Source: an uncultured Fusobacteriaceae bacterium (GTDB lineage: Bacteria; Fusobacteriota; Fusobacteriia; Fusobacteriales; Fusobacteriaceae). From it: a DNA stretch of 64,000 nucleotides. Positions 47,601 through 58,385 of this stretch are shown piece after piece; positions within the stretch are counted from its first letter, which is position 1, and every line of letters starts with the position of its first letter. The DNA lies in contig CAMQWJ010000001.1 in NCBI GenBank assembly GCA_947038515.1, positions 205,580 through 269,579 on the forward strand, given 5' to 3'. The notes beneath the pieces are model-generated. The model searched no databases. It saw only the letters and a list, made by a program, of their open reading frames with translations, and was not told the origin of the DNA. The translations under genes were made by a program, and so were the position numbers.

Positions 47601-48726
47601 CTACTCCCCCTCCAGTTTCTAATTTTTCAACAATTTTTTTTCCTTCTCCACAAATATTACCAATAGCAAAAATCAATATTTCTTCCTCTATATCATCAAA
47701 ATATTTTATTGAATCTACTATTTCTATTTTTTTTTCTATTTTTTTTAATCCTTTACAAAAATTTCTTTTATTTTCGCCTGAAATTATTATTTTTTCAAAA
47801 TCATTTTCTATATTTAAAGTAAAGTTTTCAAACTGTTTCATTCGACTAATTCTATCTTTCCTATTATTAACCATTAAATATTTAGTTTTTGTCCAAATTT
47901 CTTTTTTTCTATAAAAATCTATAATTTTTTTAGTAGAATCTGGATCATTAGCAGCTAAAGCATTTATAAAAAGAATTTTTCCACCTTTTTTAGTTAGATA
48001 TTCAACTTCTTTTAAAACTCCTGGATCTTTTTTATATTCTTTCATTCTTTGAAGTGCAATTTCTTTTTTCACTCCTAAATGTTCACAAATTTTCAAAGCA
48101 AGTCCAACATTTTCTATAAAGTCAATTTCTCTATATTCCTCTTCTTCTGCTGTAACTAAATAAGTCTTTGTATTTTTCTTTTTAGCACATTCTTTAAAAA
48201 ACTCAAAATATCTTTTATCTGATGTAAAAAGAAAGCCATTTTTAGGAATTGTTAAACTCAAGGAAAAAGCTATTTCATCCAAGGTCTCCCCCATCTCATC
48301 TAAATGATCTTCTCTAACATTTGTAATAAGAGTTATATTGGATTTCACAATCTTTTCTTCACAAATTTTTTGTAACTCTGGATTTACAGCCATACATTCC
48401 AATATTAAAATATCCACTCCTAAATTAGCAGCTTTTTTTATAAATTTTATTTGTTCTCTAATATTTGGTAAACCTCTTCTAAATATTTTCTTTTCTACTC
48501 CATCAATATCAATATACCGCGGTTCTGTTCCTGTTATTTTAGTAAAGATTTTCTTTTTCTCATCTCTAAGACCTGCATCTATTAATCTAGAAATTGTTGA
48601 TTTCCCTCTAATTCCATTAATATGAATAACCGTTTTTATTTTATTTCTATTCTTTTTTAATTCGATTTTTTCATATATAATTTTAGAAAAATATATAAAA
48701 GTTAAGATCAATACAACAATTTCCAT
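47593..48726 (-). CDS. pgsB: Poly-gamma-glutamate synthase PgsB/CapB (Mur-ligase-like amide ligase)
   Basis: N-terminal anchor, P-loop 'INGIRGKST', Mur ligase fold. Confidence 0.75.
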   Translation of the reverse strand: MEIVVLILTFIYFSKIIYEKIELKKNRNKIKTVIHINGIRGKSTISRLIDAGLRDEKKKIFTKITGTEPRYIDIDGVEKKIFRRGLPNIREQIKFIKKAANLGVDILILECMAVNPELQKICEEKIVKSNITLITNVREDHLDEMGETLDEIAFSLSLTIPKNGFLFTSDKRYFEFFKECAKKKNTKTYLVTAEEEEYREIDFIENVGLALKICEHLGVKKEIALQRMKEYKKDPGVLKEVEYLTKKGGKILFINALAANDPDSTKKIIDFYRKKEIWTKTKYLMVNNRKDRISRMKQFENFTLNIENDFEKIIISGENKRNFCKGLKKIEKKIEIVDSIKYFDDIEEEILIFAIGNICGEGKKIVEKLETGGGVDE

Positions 48727-48744
48727 ATAATAGCCCTCTTTTTA

Positions 48745-49872
48745 TTATTTTATTTCATTCAAATAATATCCTATTCCATTTTGTTTTATCTCTAAACTAC
48801 TAGGAACATTTTTTATTACCATAGCTTTTTCTGTTTCTAATTCCCCCATAGCATTTATAAGTGCCGTTATTCCTGCTATATGTCTTCCTACCCTCTCTTC
48901 TAAAGAGTGACCTTTTTCATCAAATGGAACAAATAATCTTCCTAATTTTTGAGCTTTTACATATGTTGGATCTATTCCTGTTAAAACTAATTTTTCATCA
49001 GTTTTTCCTCTCAGTCTTCCTTGACTTGGATTAGCAGTTTCCATTAAAATAGCATATGTATTAGTAAAATCTCCTAATTCTCTATGTGTCAAACCTCTTA
49101 AAGAGACAGGGGAAGGCTCTAAACCTATGGAAATATTCTCAAATTCTAGGTTCATTACTGCTGTTGAAGCAATTTCCATCGCCTTATCATGAGCAACCAT
49201 TGCATTTATTACTGGATATTCTGGTGAAGCTTCATGTAAATCTATTGTCATATTAATATTATTTTTTTTGATTAATTCTGTAATTCCATATGCTGCTTTT
49301 TCTGTAAAAGTACCATCAGCTCTTCCAGGATATGCTCTATTTATATTTCTTGTTTCATTTCCTGATAAACTTTGCCCCGAACTTGCATGAATATATACAT
49401 CTGGATCTGGCCATTGATCTAGAGGATTAGTTGCACGTGAACCATATCTAAACCATCTTTCTCCATTCTTTGTTTTTATATGAAATCTTTGAGGAGAGCC
49501 TTCTTGAGGATCATTATGGGTAAGTCCACTATTATTTGTTCTAGGAATCACATATAAAGTCCCTTTTTCAACCTCTGCTTTTTCTATTAAAAGTATCGCC
49601 CCCATTAATCCTGAAGGTTCATTTCCATGAGTTGCACCTAAAACAAGAGCTGTTCCTCCTTTTTCTTTTCCTTGAAGTATATATACTTCTGTATCAGCAT
49701 TTGTTCCTTTTACTCCTTCAAAAAAGTCACTTAGCATTTTTACTTCTGTTACTCCTTTTCCTTTTACAATAATTTCAGGTTCTCTATTCTTCACAAACTC
49801 TTTTCCTGCTAAAAAAGCAATAGATAAAGAGCATATTACTAAAATTATTGCACTAATCTTATTTCCTTTCAT
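48745..49872 (-). CDS. Secreted succinylglutamate-desuccinylase/aspartoacylase (M14-like zinc carboxypeptidase) family protein
   Basis: Signal peptide. 'GATHGNEPSG' zinc-binding motif typical of the AstE/AspA subfamily. Confidence 0.7.
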   Translation of the reverse strand: MKGNKISAIILVICSLSIAFLAGKEFVKNREPEIIVKGKGVTEVKMLSDFFEGVKGTNADTEVYILQGKEKGGTALVLGATHGNEPSGLMGAILLIEKAEVEKGTLYVIPRTNNSGLTHNDPQEGSPQRFHIKTKNGERWFRYGSRATNPLDQWPDPDVYIHASSGQSLSGNETRNINRAYPGRADGTFTEKAAYGITELIKKNNINMTIDLHEASPEYPVINAMVAHDKAMEIASTAVMNLEFENISIGLEPSPVSLRGLTHRELGDFTNTYAILMETANPSQGRLRGKTDEKLVLTGIDPTYVKAQKLGRLFVPFDEKGHSLEERVGRHIAGITALINAMGELETEKAMVIKNVPSSLEIKQNGIGYYLNEIK

Positions 49873-50045
49873 TCATCTACTCCTTCTATTTTATTAATAA
49901 TAATCTCAAAATTAAAGGTATTATTACCAATGCTGCATTTAATTGATTTAATAATTTTTTCTCTTCAAATAAATTTAAAATTACTAAGAAAAATATATAT
50001 AAAGTTATTCCTAAATATATTATCATCATTTTTATTCATCACTCC

Positions 50046-51344
50046 TTAATATATAATTGAAGCCAATTCTTTTGAAAATATAATCAAAATAATAGAGTAT
50101 ACTATTATAACTATTGCAGGTACTAAAGCTTTTTTTAATACTAGTGTGTATTCTTTTAACCCTACCACTTGAGCTGCAAAAATTCCTGCCAATGCTGTTG
50201 GAGGCATTAAATCTCCTAGTCCTGCTATAAAAGATATTGCTGAAGCTGTAATTATTTGATTGCTTCCTAAGAAAACCATTAAAAACGGCACACCTAGAAC
50301 AGAAGCTGCTCCAAAAGATGATACTGCTCCAAATAAAGGTATCGTTACTGCCATTGCTAAAAAAATAAGAGCTGGTGGCAAGCTTAAACTATTCACAACA
50401 ATAAATCCTCTTACACCTGTTAGAGTCATTACTTGAATAAACATTCCAACACCCATTAATATACCTAATACAGGTAATGTATCTTTTATTGCATCTTTTG
50501 ACACTTTTAAAAAATTGATTTTTTTACCACAAAATAGTGCTGCTATGGCACTAATCAAAAAGATTAAAGGCATTCCTAAATTAAAGAAATCTGGCATTAT
50601 TTTTCCTAATAACATTAAAACTACTCCTAATATTATTGGAATATATAACCTAACGCCATACTTGTCTATATCTTCAGTATTTATTTGATCTTTTATTTTA
50701 TTGTAATCTAAATTTTTTGTATGCTTTAACCCTAAATATAGAACTGTAAATATTGCTACTGGTACTGTTAAAATTAAAAGTGGAATTGTAAACCCTACAT
50801 AAGGCATATCTATTCCCCCACCTATTATCATAGCTGGTACATTTACTGGTGGAGCAATCATTCCAAGAATTCCACCTATTGCTATTATTGTCGCTGTTTC
50901 AACTATTGGTATTCCTATTAAAATCAAAATAGGAGCCACTATACTTCCCGCTGTAAGCACTGATGCAGTTGACGAACCTGTAATCATTCCGGGAAACATG
51001 CTAATAAACATTAAAAATATTAATAAAATACTTGGTTTCGAATGAAATTTATTCAAGATTGTTGAACTTAGGGCACTTAATGTTCCTAATTCTTGAAGAG
51101 TCTTCATAAAAATCATAGCTGTTGCAATTACAAGTATTGTATCTAAATATCCAAAAGTTCCTTCTACAAGATGTCTAATAGGAATTCCTTTTCCGGCAAT
51201 CAGAGTCCCTGCCACTGCTGATAGTAACATCGCAATACTTACAGGTAGTTTAAATTTGAAACAAGAAATAATAAAAACAATAACCATCCCTAAAAATATA
51301 ATTAATTCTATTGACACTTCTTCCTCCTTTGAATAAAAGGACAA
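50046..51344 (-). CDS. Polytopic membrane transporter (DctM/ion-transporter superfamily-like)
   Basis: 432 aa with about 12 TM segments; family assignment uncertain. Confidence 0.4.
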   Translation of the reverse strand: MSFYSKEEEVSIELIIFLGMVIVFIISCFKFKLPVSIAMLLSAVAGTLIAGKGIPIRHLVEGTFGYLDTILVIATAMIFMKTLQELGTLSALSSTILNKFHSKPSILLIFLMFISMFPGMITGSSTASVLTAGSIVAPILILIGIPIVETATIIAIGGILGMIAPPVNVPAMIIGGGIDMPYVGFTIPLLILTVPVAIFTVLYLGLKHTKNLDYNKIKDQINTEDIDKYGVRLYIPIILGVVLMLLGKIMPDFFNLGMPLIFLISAIAALFCGKKINFLKVSKDAIKDTLPVLGILMGVGMFIQVMTLTGVRGFIVVNSLSLPPALIFLAMAVTIPLFGAVSSFGAASVLGVPFLMVFLGSNQIITASAISFIAGLGDLMPPTALAGIFAAQVVGLKEYTLVLKKALVPAIVIIVYSIILIIFSKELASIIY

Positions 51345-51371
51345 CTTTTAGCTAGTTGTCCTTTCACTTTT

Positions 51372-51905
51372 TTATTCAAAAATTTCTTTTAATGGTCCTA
51401 CTGCTTCACTTATTTTATTAACTAATACCAATTTAATATTGTTATCTTTAGCCATTTTTGTGAAAGCACCATCTTTATTTCCTTCTGCTACAACTATTAA
51501 ATAGTCACATTTAGAAGAAGCTGCATTAACAAACTTATCTGATAATTCTCCTCTTCTTACTTGTCCACCAACATGCATTCCTACTATTTTAATTCCTTTT
51601 TTTCTAGCTGCATCTATTAATTTTTCTGATCTGTCTAATTCATCTTCCACTTTAATACCAGCTGCTCCTAATCCTTTTGAGCTTCCACCAATAGCAAGTA
51701 TTAATGTTTTTTCATTTTTTAATGTTTTATCCGTCACTGATTTATCAAATTTTGTTTCTAAATTTGCTTTTTTTAATAAAACTTTAACCATCTGTACATC
51801 TGCACTTTGTCCGATTGATGTTAGAATAATTGGTTTTTCAAATTTTTCTGCAAAAATAGATACTCCCAATAATAAAAATAATAATGTTATAAATTTTGTT
51901 TTCAT
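51372..51905 (-). CDS. Secreted hypothetical protein
   Basis: Signal peptide; 177 aa with no recognised motif. Confidence 0.4.
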   Translation of the reverse strand: MKTKFITLLFLLLGVSIFAEKFEKPIILTSIGQSADVQMVKVLLKKANLETKFDKSVTDKTLKNEKTLILAIGGSSKGLGAAGIKVEDELDRSEKLIDAARKKGIKIVGMHVGGQVRRGELSDKFVNAASSKCDYLIVVAEGNKDGAFTKMAKDNNIKLVLVNKISEAVGPLKEIFE

Positions 51906-51926
51906 CTTTAAACCTCCAATTTTTAA

Positions 51927-53666
51927 TTAAATACCTATTGCTTTTCCATCTCTTCTAGGGTCTGCTCCACCTTCTAAAGTTCCATCTTTTTTATAAAGAA
52001 CACCTTGAACCGATCCCATTCCTCTATCCCACTCAGTCGTTTTAGTTACCTCATGTCCCATTTTTTTCAATTTTTCTATTGTTTTATCTGAAATTCTACT
52101 TTCTACATTAATTTTGTTAGATGTATTATCAAATAATCTCGGTTCATCTATTGCTTCTTGCATTCCCATTTTATGATCTATAACTTTACTTATCACTTGA
52201 GATACTGTACTAATTATTTTAGTTGCACCTGGAGATCCTAATAACATAAATGGTTTCCCATCTTTTAATACTATTGTAGGCGACATTGAACTTAATGGAG
52301 ATTTACCTGGTTCCACTGAGTTAGGGTGATTACCACCAACAACAAAATCATCCATTTCATTATTAAGAACAAAACCATATCCATCAGCCACAATTCCATT
52401 TCCAAATAACCCATTAACTGTTTTTGTTATTGAAACCATGTTTCCTTCTTTATCTGCAATTGAATAATGTGTTGTATCCTCAGACTCATATATCCAAGGG
52501 TCATGAGAGACACTTTTCTTAGATTTTTTCATATCTATTTTCTTAGAAAGGTCCTTTGCATATTTTTTTGAAGTTAAACCCTTTAATGGTACAGGTGTAT
52601 AATCTGTATCCCCCATATATTTAGCCCTATCTGCATAAGCTAATTTATAAGCTTCTGAAAACAAATGTAAATACTCTGGTGAATTAACTTTTAATTTTCC
52701 AACATTAAAATTTTCTAATATATTTAATATCTGAATAACAATAGCTCCTCCAGAACTTGGAGCTGGTGATGAGATTATTTCATATCCTCTATAATTACCA
52801 ATAATAGGTTTTTTTATTTTGGGTTTATAATTAGCTAAATCTTCCATTGTAAATACTCCACCATATTTATTCAAAGAATTTACAATTGATTTTGCTACAT
52901 CTCCCTTATAGAAGCCCTCTTTTCCTTCCTTGATTATAAGTTCTAATACTTTAGTCATATCTTTATTAGTAAATTTTTCACCAATTTCATAAGCAAAACC
53001 TTCTTCTGTTAAAAAAACCTTACCAAATTCAGGATACTTTATCATCAAGTCATATTTATTTTTCATATCTGCTGAAAGTGTTGGTGTTACTATAAATCCT
53101 TCTTTAGCCAACTTAACAGATGGACGAATAACTTGCTCTCTAGACATTGTTCCATAATTTTCAAGAGCATAAATAAGACCTGCTACTTCTCCAGGAATTC
53201 CTGCAGCTTTTCCACCTTCTTTTTTTTCATTCCCTATTACGTCACCCTTTTCATTTACTTTCCACATATTCGATGTAGCATTTTTAGGTGCTCTCTCTCT
53301 AAAATCTACAAAAATAGTTTCACCTGTTTTAGCTATTCTTATTAGCATAAAACCTCCTCCTCCTAATCCTGAAGAGTTTGGTTCACTAACACCTAATGCA
53401 AATCCTGCTGCTACTGCTGCATCTATCGCATTTCCACCTTTTTTTAAAATATCCATTCCAATCTTACTTGCTTCATATTTCCCTGTAGAAACAACACCTA
53501 TTTTTCCTACTGCCCCTCTACCTGTTCTTATCATTTCTCCATTTTCATCAAAAGCTCTAAATTCTTTAGTAGTTAAAGAAGGTGTGGATGTTGCTACAGC
53601 TCCTTGCACTACATTAAATATAAAAAAAGTTGATAACAATGCTCTACATAAATATTTTTTTGTCAT
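51927..53666 (-). CDS. ggt: Gamma-glutamyltranspeptidase (GGT/CapD family), secreted
   Basis: Signal peptide. Autoprocessing/catalytic Thr region 'ESEDTTHYSIADKEGN'. Confidence 0.85.
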   Translation of the reverse strand: MTKKYLCRALLSTFFIFNVVQGAVATSTPSLTTKEFRAFDENGEMIRTGRGAVGKIGVVSTGKYEASKIGMDILKKGGNAIDAAVAAGFALGVSEPNSSGLGGGGFMLIRIAKTGETIFVDFRERAPKNATSNMWKVNEKGDVIGNEKKEGGKAAGIPGEVAGLIYALENYGTMSREQVIRPSVKLAKEGFIVTPTLSADMKNKYDLMIKYPEFGKVFLTEEGFAYEIGEKFTNKDMTKVLELIIKEGKEGFYKGDVAKSIVNSLNKYGGVFTMEDLANYKPKIKKPIIGNYRGYEIISSPAPSSGGAIVIQILNILENFNVGKLKVNSPEYLHLFSEAYKLAYADRAKYMGDTDYTPVPLKGLTSKKYAKDLSKKIDMKKSKKSVSHDPWIYESEDTTHYSIADKEGNMVSITKTVNGLFGNGIVADGYGFVLNNEMDDFVVGGNHPNSVEPGKSPLSSMSPTIVLKDGKPFMLLGSPGATKIISTVSQVISKVIDHKMGMQEAIDEPRLFDNTSNKINVESRISDKTIEKLKKMGHEVTKTTEWDRGMGSVQGVLYKKDGTLEGGADPRRDGKAIGI

Positions 53667-53838
53667 ACTTTCCTCCTATTTTTTTTTATACTTTAGATTT
53701 TTTGTATTCCCCCCTCCTTATTGCCAATATAAAAATAAAGTATATCTAGATGTTAATATAGATATACTTTATTATATGTGGTCTGTAAATAAAAAGAACC
53801 TTTCTTCTTTTAATCTCTTTATTCTCTTTATTCTCATC

Positions 53839-54468
53839 TTATTCTTTAGTTTTATATTTCTTTTTAGGACGCCCAATTTTCCCATAAATAATTTTCACTT
53901 CAAATTTTTCAGTTGAATCCAAAAATTTTAAATATCTATTAATAGTTTTAGAAGCAATTCCCGTCATTTCTTTGATTTCCTCTACTCCTAAATAAATTTT
54001 CTCTTTTTCAAAACATTGCTCTATAATGGACAATGTGTTTTTATCTACTCCCTTAGGTAATTTTCTAATTTCTTCCACTATTTTTTCTTTTTTAACTATA
54101 CTTCTATTTTTTGTCAAATGAAGATTTACTCTATAATATAAATCTAACATTTTTATTGGCTTAATTACAAAATCATTGACACCTGCTATAAAAAACTCCT
54201 CTGCAACACTTTCTTCATCAGTAATCGTTAAAGCTATTATTTGTACATTTTTATCTATTTGTCTTAATAATCTCGAACCCACTACTCCATTTATGTGTGG
54301 CATATTATAATCAATCAAAATAATATCAAAGTTAATTTCTCTTACTATTTCCAAAGAAGTTTCAATATTATTTTTTGTTGTTACAGACCATTTTTTAAGT
54401 CTAAAGAATTCTGCTATTGCAAAGCATACTTCTTCAGAGTCATCAATTATCAACATTTTATTTATCAT
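53839..54468 (-). CDS. Response regulator (receiver + CitB/DcuR-like C-terminal HTH)
   Basis: Receiver 'MLIIDDSEE...DIILIDYNMP'. C-terminal HTH 'VEEIKEMTGIASKTINRYLKFL'. Confidence 0.75.
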   Translation of the reverse strand: MINKMLIIDDSEEVCFAIAEFFRLKKWSVTTKNNIETSLEIVREINFDIILIDYNMPHINGVVGSRLLRQIDKNVQIIALTITDEESVAEEFFIAGVNDFVIKPIKMLDLYYRVNLHLTKNRSIVKKEKIVEEIRKLPKGVDKNTLSIIEQCFEKEKIYLGVEEIKEMTGIASKTINRYLKFLDSTEKFEVKIIYGKIGRPKKKYKTKE

Positions 54469-55772
54469 ATTTCCCCCTTTAATACTATATATACTTTTAT
54501 TCCTATTTTTTTAGGTCTTATATAAAAAATTCCATTTGACTCCTCAATTACTTTTTTAACAAATGCCAACCCTTTTCCTGATGAATTTTTTGTTGAAACC
54601 CCTTCAATAATCAACTTATCTAAATCTTTTTTTTTGATTCCCGATCCAAAATCTTCTACTGTTATTATAATTTTATTTAAATGATTTTTTACAATAATTT
54701 CAACTTTTTCTGAATTTGCCTCCCATGAATTAATTACTAAGTTTGTTATCACTCTAGACAAAAGACTTCTATTTCCAAAAACTTTACAATTTTTATTCGC
54801 ATAATTTTTATACACTAACTTATTAGCATTTTTATGTGCTGATAAGAATGAAAATGAAAAATTCATTACCTCTTCTATGAAAATAAAACTATTATTTTTT
54901 AAATTAACCATATCACCTATCATCAAATTTAATTTATCAATAGAATTTTCTATTCGACCAATATATTCGATATTTTTTTCAACTTCTTCATTATACCTTA
55001 GAACTTCTAGCAAAGCACTTACAGCAAAAATAGGTGTTTTTAAATCATGAACTAATTGTTGTAATTCTTTTAAATATCTATTTTCAACTTCTGAATAACG
55101 TCTATTTATTATCTCTTCTTGACATTTAAAAAAATAGAGCAACAATATTGAAACTAAAGTAAAAAAAATAAAAAAACTCATACATAATATTATGACAATT
55201 AATTGAGCCTCCATAAAATTAATGGCATTATTTAAATCTAAGGTTATTTCTCCTACTCTTAAAAAATTTAAATATGGAGTAATATCTAACCATTGTAACC
55301 CTATTATAAATGCCAAAAAACCTACTGTTTTTTCTAAAAAATTTAAATTTTTCAACTCTATTTTTGTATAATAAAAAAACCACAATATTCCTAATATTGA
55401 AGTTTTTCCTATCAACAAATTTATACCATAAAATATTTCTATTAAAATATACATAATTGGAAGCATCAAAGAAATCATTATAATTTTATAAAATGTTTTA
55501 TTTTTTTTATCAACAATAATTTCTATACTATCAAACAAAATAAGCATAGAAATATAAGCTGGAAAAGCTCTCAGTGTATTAAGTAAAATCAATTTAAAAA
55601 TAGCTATTAATAAATATTCTTTATCCCAATTTTCTAAAGCTTTTTCGATAGAGGTATATATACCAAAATTTTCATGTGTTAAAACTATTGGCATTATTAG
55701 ACCTATTATTAATACTCCCATTGCCAATAGTATATTTCTTTTTTTTATTTTTATTTCCCAATTGGATTTCAT
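54465..55772 (-). CDS. Sensor histidine kinase with membrane-embedded multi-TM N-terminal sensor
   Basis: H-box 'LVHDLKTPIFAV', HATPase_c G-boxes ('DFGSGI', 'GKGLAF'), about 6 N-terminal TM helices. Confidence 0.75.
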   Translation of the reverse strand: MKSNWEIKIKKRNILLAMGVLIIGLIMPIVLTHENFGIYTSIEKALENWDKEYLLIAIFKLILLNTLRAFPAYISMLILFDSIEIIVDKKNKTFYKIIMISLMLPIMYILIEIFYGINLLIGKTSILGILWFFYYTKIELKNLNFLEKTVGFLAFIIGLQWLDITPYLNFLRVGEITLDLNNAINFMEAQLIVIILCMSFFIFFTLVSILLLYFFKCQEEIINRRYSEVENRYLKELQQLVHDLKTPIFAVSALLEVLRYNEEVEKNIEYIGRIENSIDKLNLMIGDMVNLKNNSFIFIEEVMNFSFSFLSAHKNANKLVYKNYANKNCKVFGNRSLLSRVITNLVINSWEANSEKVEIIVKNHLNKIIITVEDFGSGIKKKDLDKLIIEGVSTKNSSGKGLAFVKKVIEESNGIFYIRPKKIGIKVYIVLKGEI

Positions 55773-55820
55773 TTCAATGCACCCTAATATTTATGTGACT
55801 TTAGAACACTATCTTTAATG

Positions 55821-57065
55821 CTATCCCACTATTATATATGAAACAACAGTTGCACTTGCAAGAGCAATACCTATTAAACATTCATATGGAATTAATTTTA
55901 ATCTCTCTTCTAATTTTATATTACATGCCCCACCAGTACTGTGAAAAAACGAACCATGTGGTAAATGATCTAAAACTGTGGCTCCTGAGTTAATCATTGC
56001 AGCCCCCCATATTCCACTTACTCCAGCAGCTAAAATTGCTCCTGAAAATGTTGCAGCAGCTACTGTGGCTCCTGCTGTTGTAGAAGCTGTTGCTCCTGAC
56101 ATAAGTGCTCCTGAAATTGGTGCTATTAATTGCTCGCTTATATTCATCGTTTGTAATGTAGATAGTATAAGGTCTTTTAATGTGGAATTTTTTATTATTC
56201 CAGCCACTGTACCAGTTCCTACTAATAAAATTGCTATTCCTGACATTTTTTGCAGTCCATATTCCATTGATTCTTTTAATTTTGTTGTTTTTCCCATTAC
56301 AATTATTCCAACAAGTCCACCTACCGGAAGTGCTATTAAAGGATCAATATTAATTTTCATAATAGGTCGTAATGCCAAAAGAAAAATCGTTACAACTGGA
56401 CCTATTATACTTCCAAAGAAACTAGGTAAATCCTCTTTATTATAATCTTTTCCTATTTCTAAAACTTTTTCTCCTCTCTCTACTAATCTTCTAGCTACAA
56501 GAACTGTTATAACTAAACCAAATATTGCAGCAGCTATATTTACCCACATAACAGAAGACAGTGAAACAGAAAAACTTTCTGCTGCTGCTATTGTATTTGG
56601 ATTAGGTGATATTATATTTCCACTTTTTCCTCCACCTACCATAGCACATAAAATTGCCATTTTAGATATATTTACTCTTCTTGCAATTACCAGTGCTATT
56701 GGTGAAACTGTTATTATTGCAACATCGATAAATACCCCAATAGCTGTTAAAATAAGAGTCGCTACTGCCAAGGCTAATATTGCTTTTTTCTCTCCAAATT
56801 TTTCAATAATTGTCTCAGCAATTTTTGTTGCCGCATGAGTTTTTATAAGAATTCCTGCAAGGATTCCTGCAGTTAATATTCTTACAATTGCTGGTGTAAC
56901 ATCTTTAACCCCACCTATCATCAAGTTTACTGTTTCTGCCAGTGGTACTCCACCAGAAAGTCCTCCTAACACTGCCCCAAATATTAAACTATAAGCTGGA
57001 TTTACTTTTCTCATTATTAAAATTATAGCTACTACTAAACCAAATATTGCTCCAAATGCTGTCAT
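55821..57065 (-). CDS. GntP family permease (gluconate/glycerate transporter)
   Basis: GntP-family TM pattern; adjacent to glycerate kinase. Confidence 0.75.
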   Translation of the reverse strand: MTAFGAIFGLVVAIILIMRKVNPAYSLIFGAVLGGLSGGVPLAETVNLMIGGVKDVTPAIVRILTAGILAGILIKTHAATKIAETIIEKFGEKKAILALAVATLILTAIGVFIDVAIITVSPIALVIARRVNISKMAILCAMVGGGKSGNIISPNPNTIAAAESFSVSLSSVMWVNIAAAIFGLVITVLVARRLVERGEKVLEIGKDYNKEDLPSFFGSIIGPVVTIFLLALRPIMKINIDPLIALPVGGLVGIIVMGKTTKLKESMEYGLQKMSGIAILLVGTGTVAGIIKNSTLKDLILSTLQTMNISEQLIAPISGALMSGATASTTAGATVAAATFSGAILAAGVSGIWGAAMINSGATVLDHLPHGSFFHSTGGACNIKLEERLKLIPYECLIGIALASATVVSYIIVG

Positions 57066-57076
57066 TTCTCTCCCCT

Positions 57077-58231
57077 CTATTTACAAAATTTTTTTTGACA
57101 AATTTTTATAAGTCTAAATATCTCTTCTGTATTTCCTGATACAAATTTCTTAGCAGTTTCTTTTTTCATTGCTTCTTTTAATGTTATAGGATAATTAATT
57201 ATAGAAAAATAACTATCTATTCCTTTTAAATGTGTTTCTTTTGCCTCATCAGTAATTCCACCTGCAAGTGCTATTACTGGTATATCAAATTTTTTAGCAA
57301 CTTTTGAGACACCTACTGGTGCTTTTCCCATAGCTGTTTGATGATCTAATCTTCCTTCTCCAGTTATGACAAAATCTGCATCTTTAAGTTCATCTTCTAT
57401 TCCAACTTTTTCTAAAATCATATCAATGCCTGGAGATAATTTAGCATTTAGAAATGCAACTAATCCTCCACCTAATCCACCTGCTGCTCCTGAACCTTTT
57501 AAATTAGAAATATCTATTCCTATTTCTTTTTTTATAGTTTCAGAAAAATCAAAAAGTCCCTTATCTAAAATTTTAACTATTTCTTCTGTGGCTCCTTTTT
57601 GTCTGGAATAGATTTCAGCAGCTCCTTTTTCTCCATAAAATGGATTTTCCACATCACAAGCTACTAAAAAATTACATTCATCTAATTCTTTTAATCTATC
57701 TTTACACTCTATAAATTTAACTTTAGATAAAATTTGACCACCAAAACCTAACTCTTCTCTATTTTCATCTAGGAATTTGAAGCCTAAAGCTTGTAACATT
57801 CCAATCCCTGCATCATTTGTTGCACTTCCACCAATTCCAATTATAAACTCACGACATCCCTTTAATACAGCATCTTTTATAAGTTCTCCTGTCCCATATG
57901 TGGTTGTTTTCATGGGGTTTCTTCTTTCCTTAGAAATTAAAGTTAATCCTGAAGCTTCTGCCATTTCAATAACTGCTGTTTTTCCATCACCCATAATTCC
58001 ATATTTAGTTTCTATTTTTTCCATCAAAGGATTATTTACAACTATATTTATAAATTTTCCATTTGTTCCTTCCACTAAAGATTCTACTGTACCTTCTCCA
58101 CCATCAGCTATAGGCACTTTCACAATTAAACTTTCAGGATATACTTTTTTTATTCCATTTTCAATTTCCACTCCTAATTCATAGGAGGTTAAACTCCCTT
58201 TAAAAGAATCAATTGCTATTACTATTTTCAT
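57077..58231 (-). CDS. glxK: Glycerate kinase
   Basis: 'MKIVIAIDSFKGSLTS' N-terminus and conserved GlxK/GarK family blocks. Confidence 0.85.
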   Translation of the reverse strand: MKIVIAIDSFKGSLTSYELGVEIENGIKKVYPESLIVKVPIADGGEGTVESLVEGTNGKFINIVVNNPLMEKIETKYGIMGDGKTAVIEMAEASGLTLISKERRNPMKTTTYGTGELIKDAVLKGCREFIIGIGGSATNDAGIGMLQALGFKFLDENREELGFGGQILSKVKFIECKDRLKELDECNFLVACDVENPFYGEKGAAEIYSRQKGATEEIVKILDKGLFDFSETIKKEIGIDISNLKGSGAAGGLGGGLVAFLNAKLSPGIDMILEKVGIEDELKDADFVITGEGRLDHQTAMGKAPVGVSKVAKKFDIPVIALAGGITDEAKETHLKGIDSYFSIINYPITLKEAMKKETAKKFVSGNTEEIFRLIKICQKKFCK

Positions 58232-58385
58232 TATTCACTCCTAATAATAAATTTCTTTTACTACTCTATTTTATTACTAATAAGCTTTTTTTTCAATATA
58301 AATTTTTAAAATGTTACATTAATAGAAAAAGGTTATAGACAAATTCATGCTATAACCTCTAATTTCTATTTTAATTTACATGTTT

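Noticed and set aside
50046-51344. Assigning the 432-aa membrane protein as a TRAP DctM large permease
   Set aside because: No DctQ or DctP partner genes are adjacent, and the neighbouring 177-aa protein is soluble and secreted. The family could not be pinned down from sequence alone, so it is reported only as a generic transporter.
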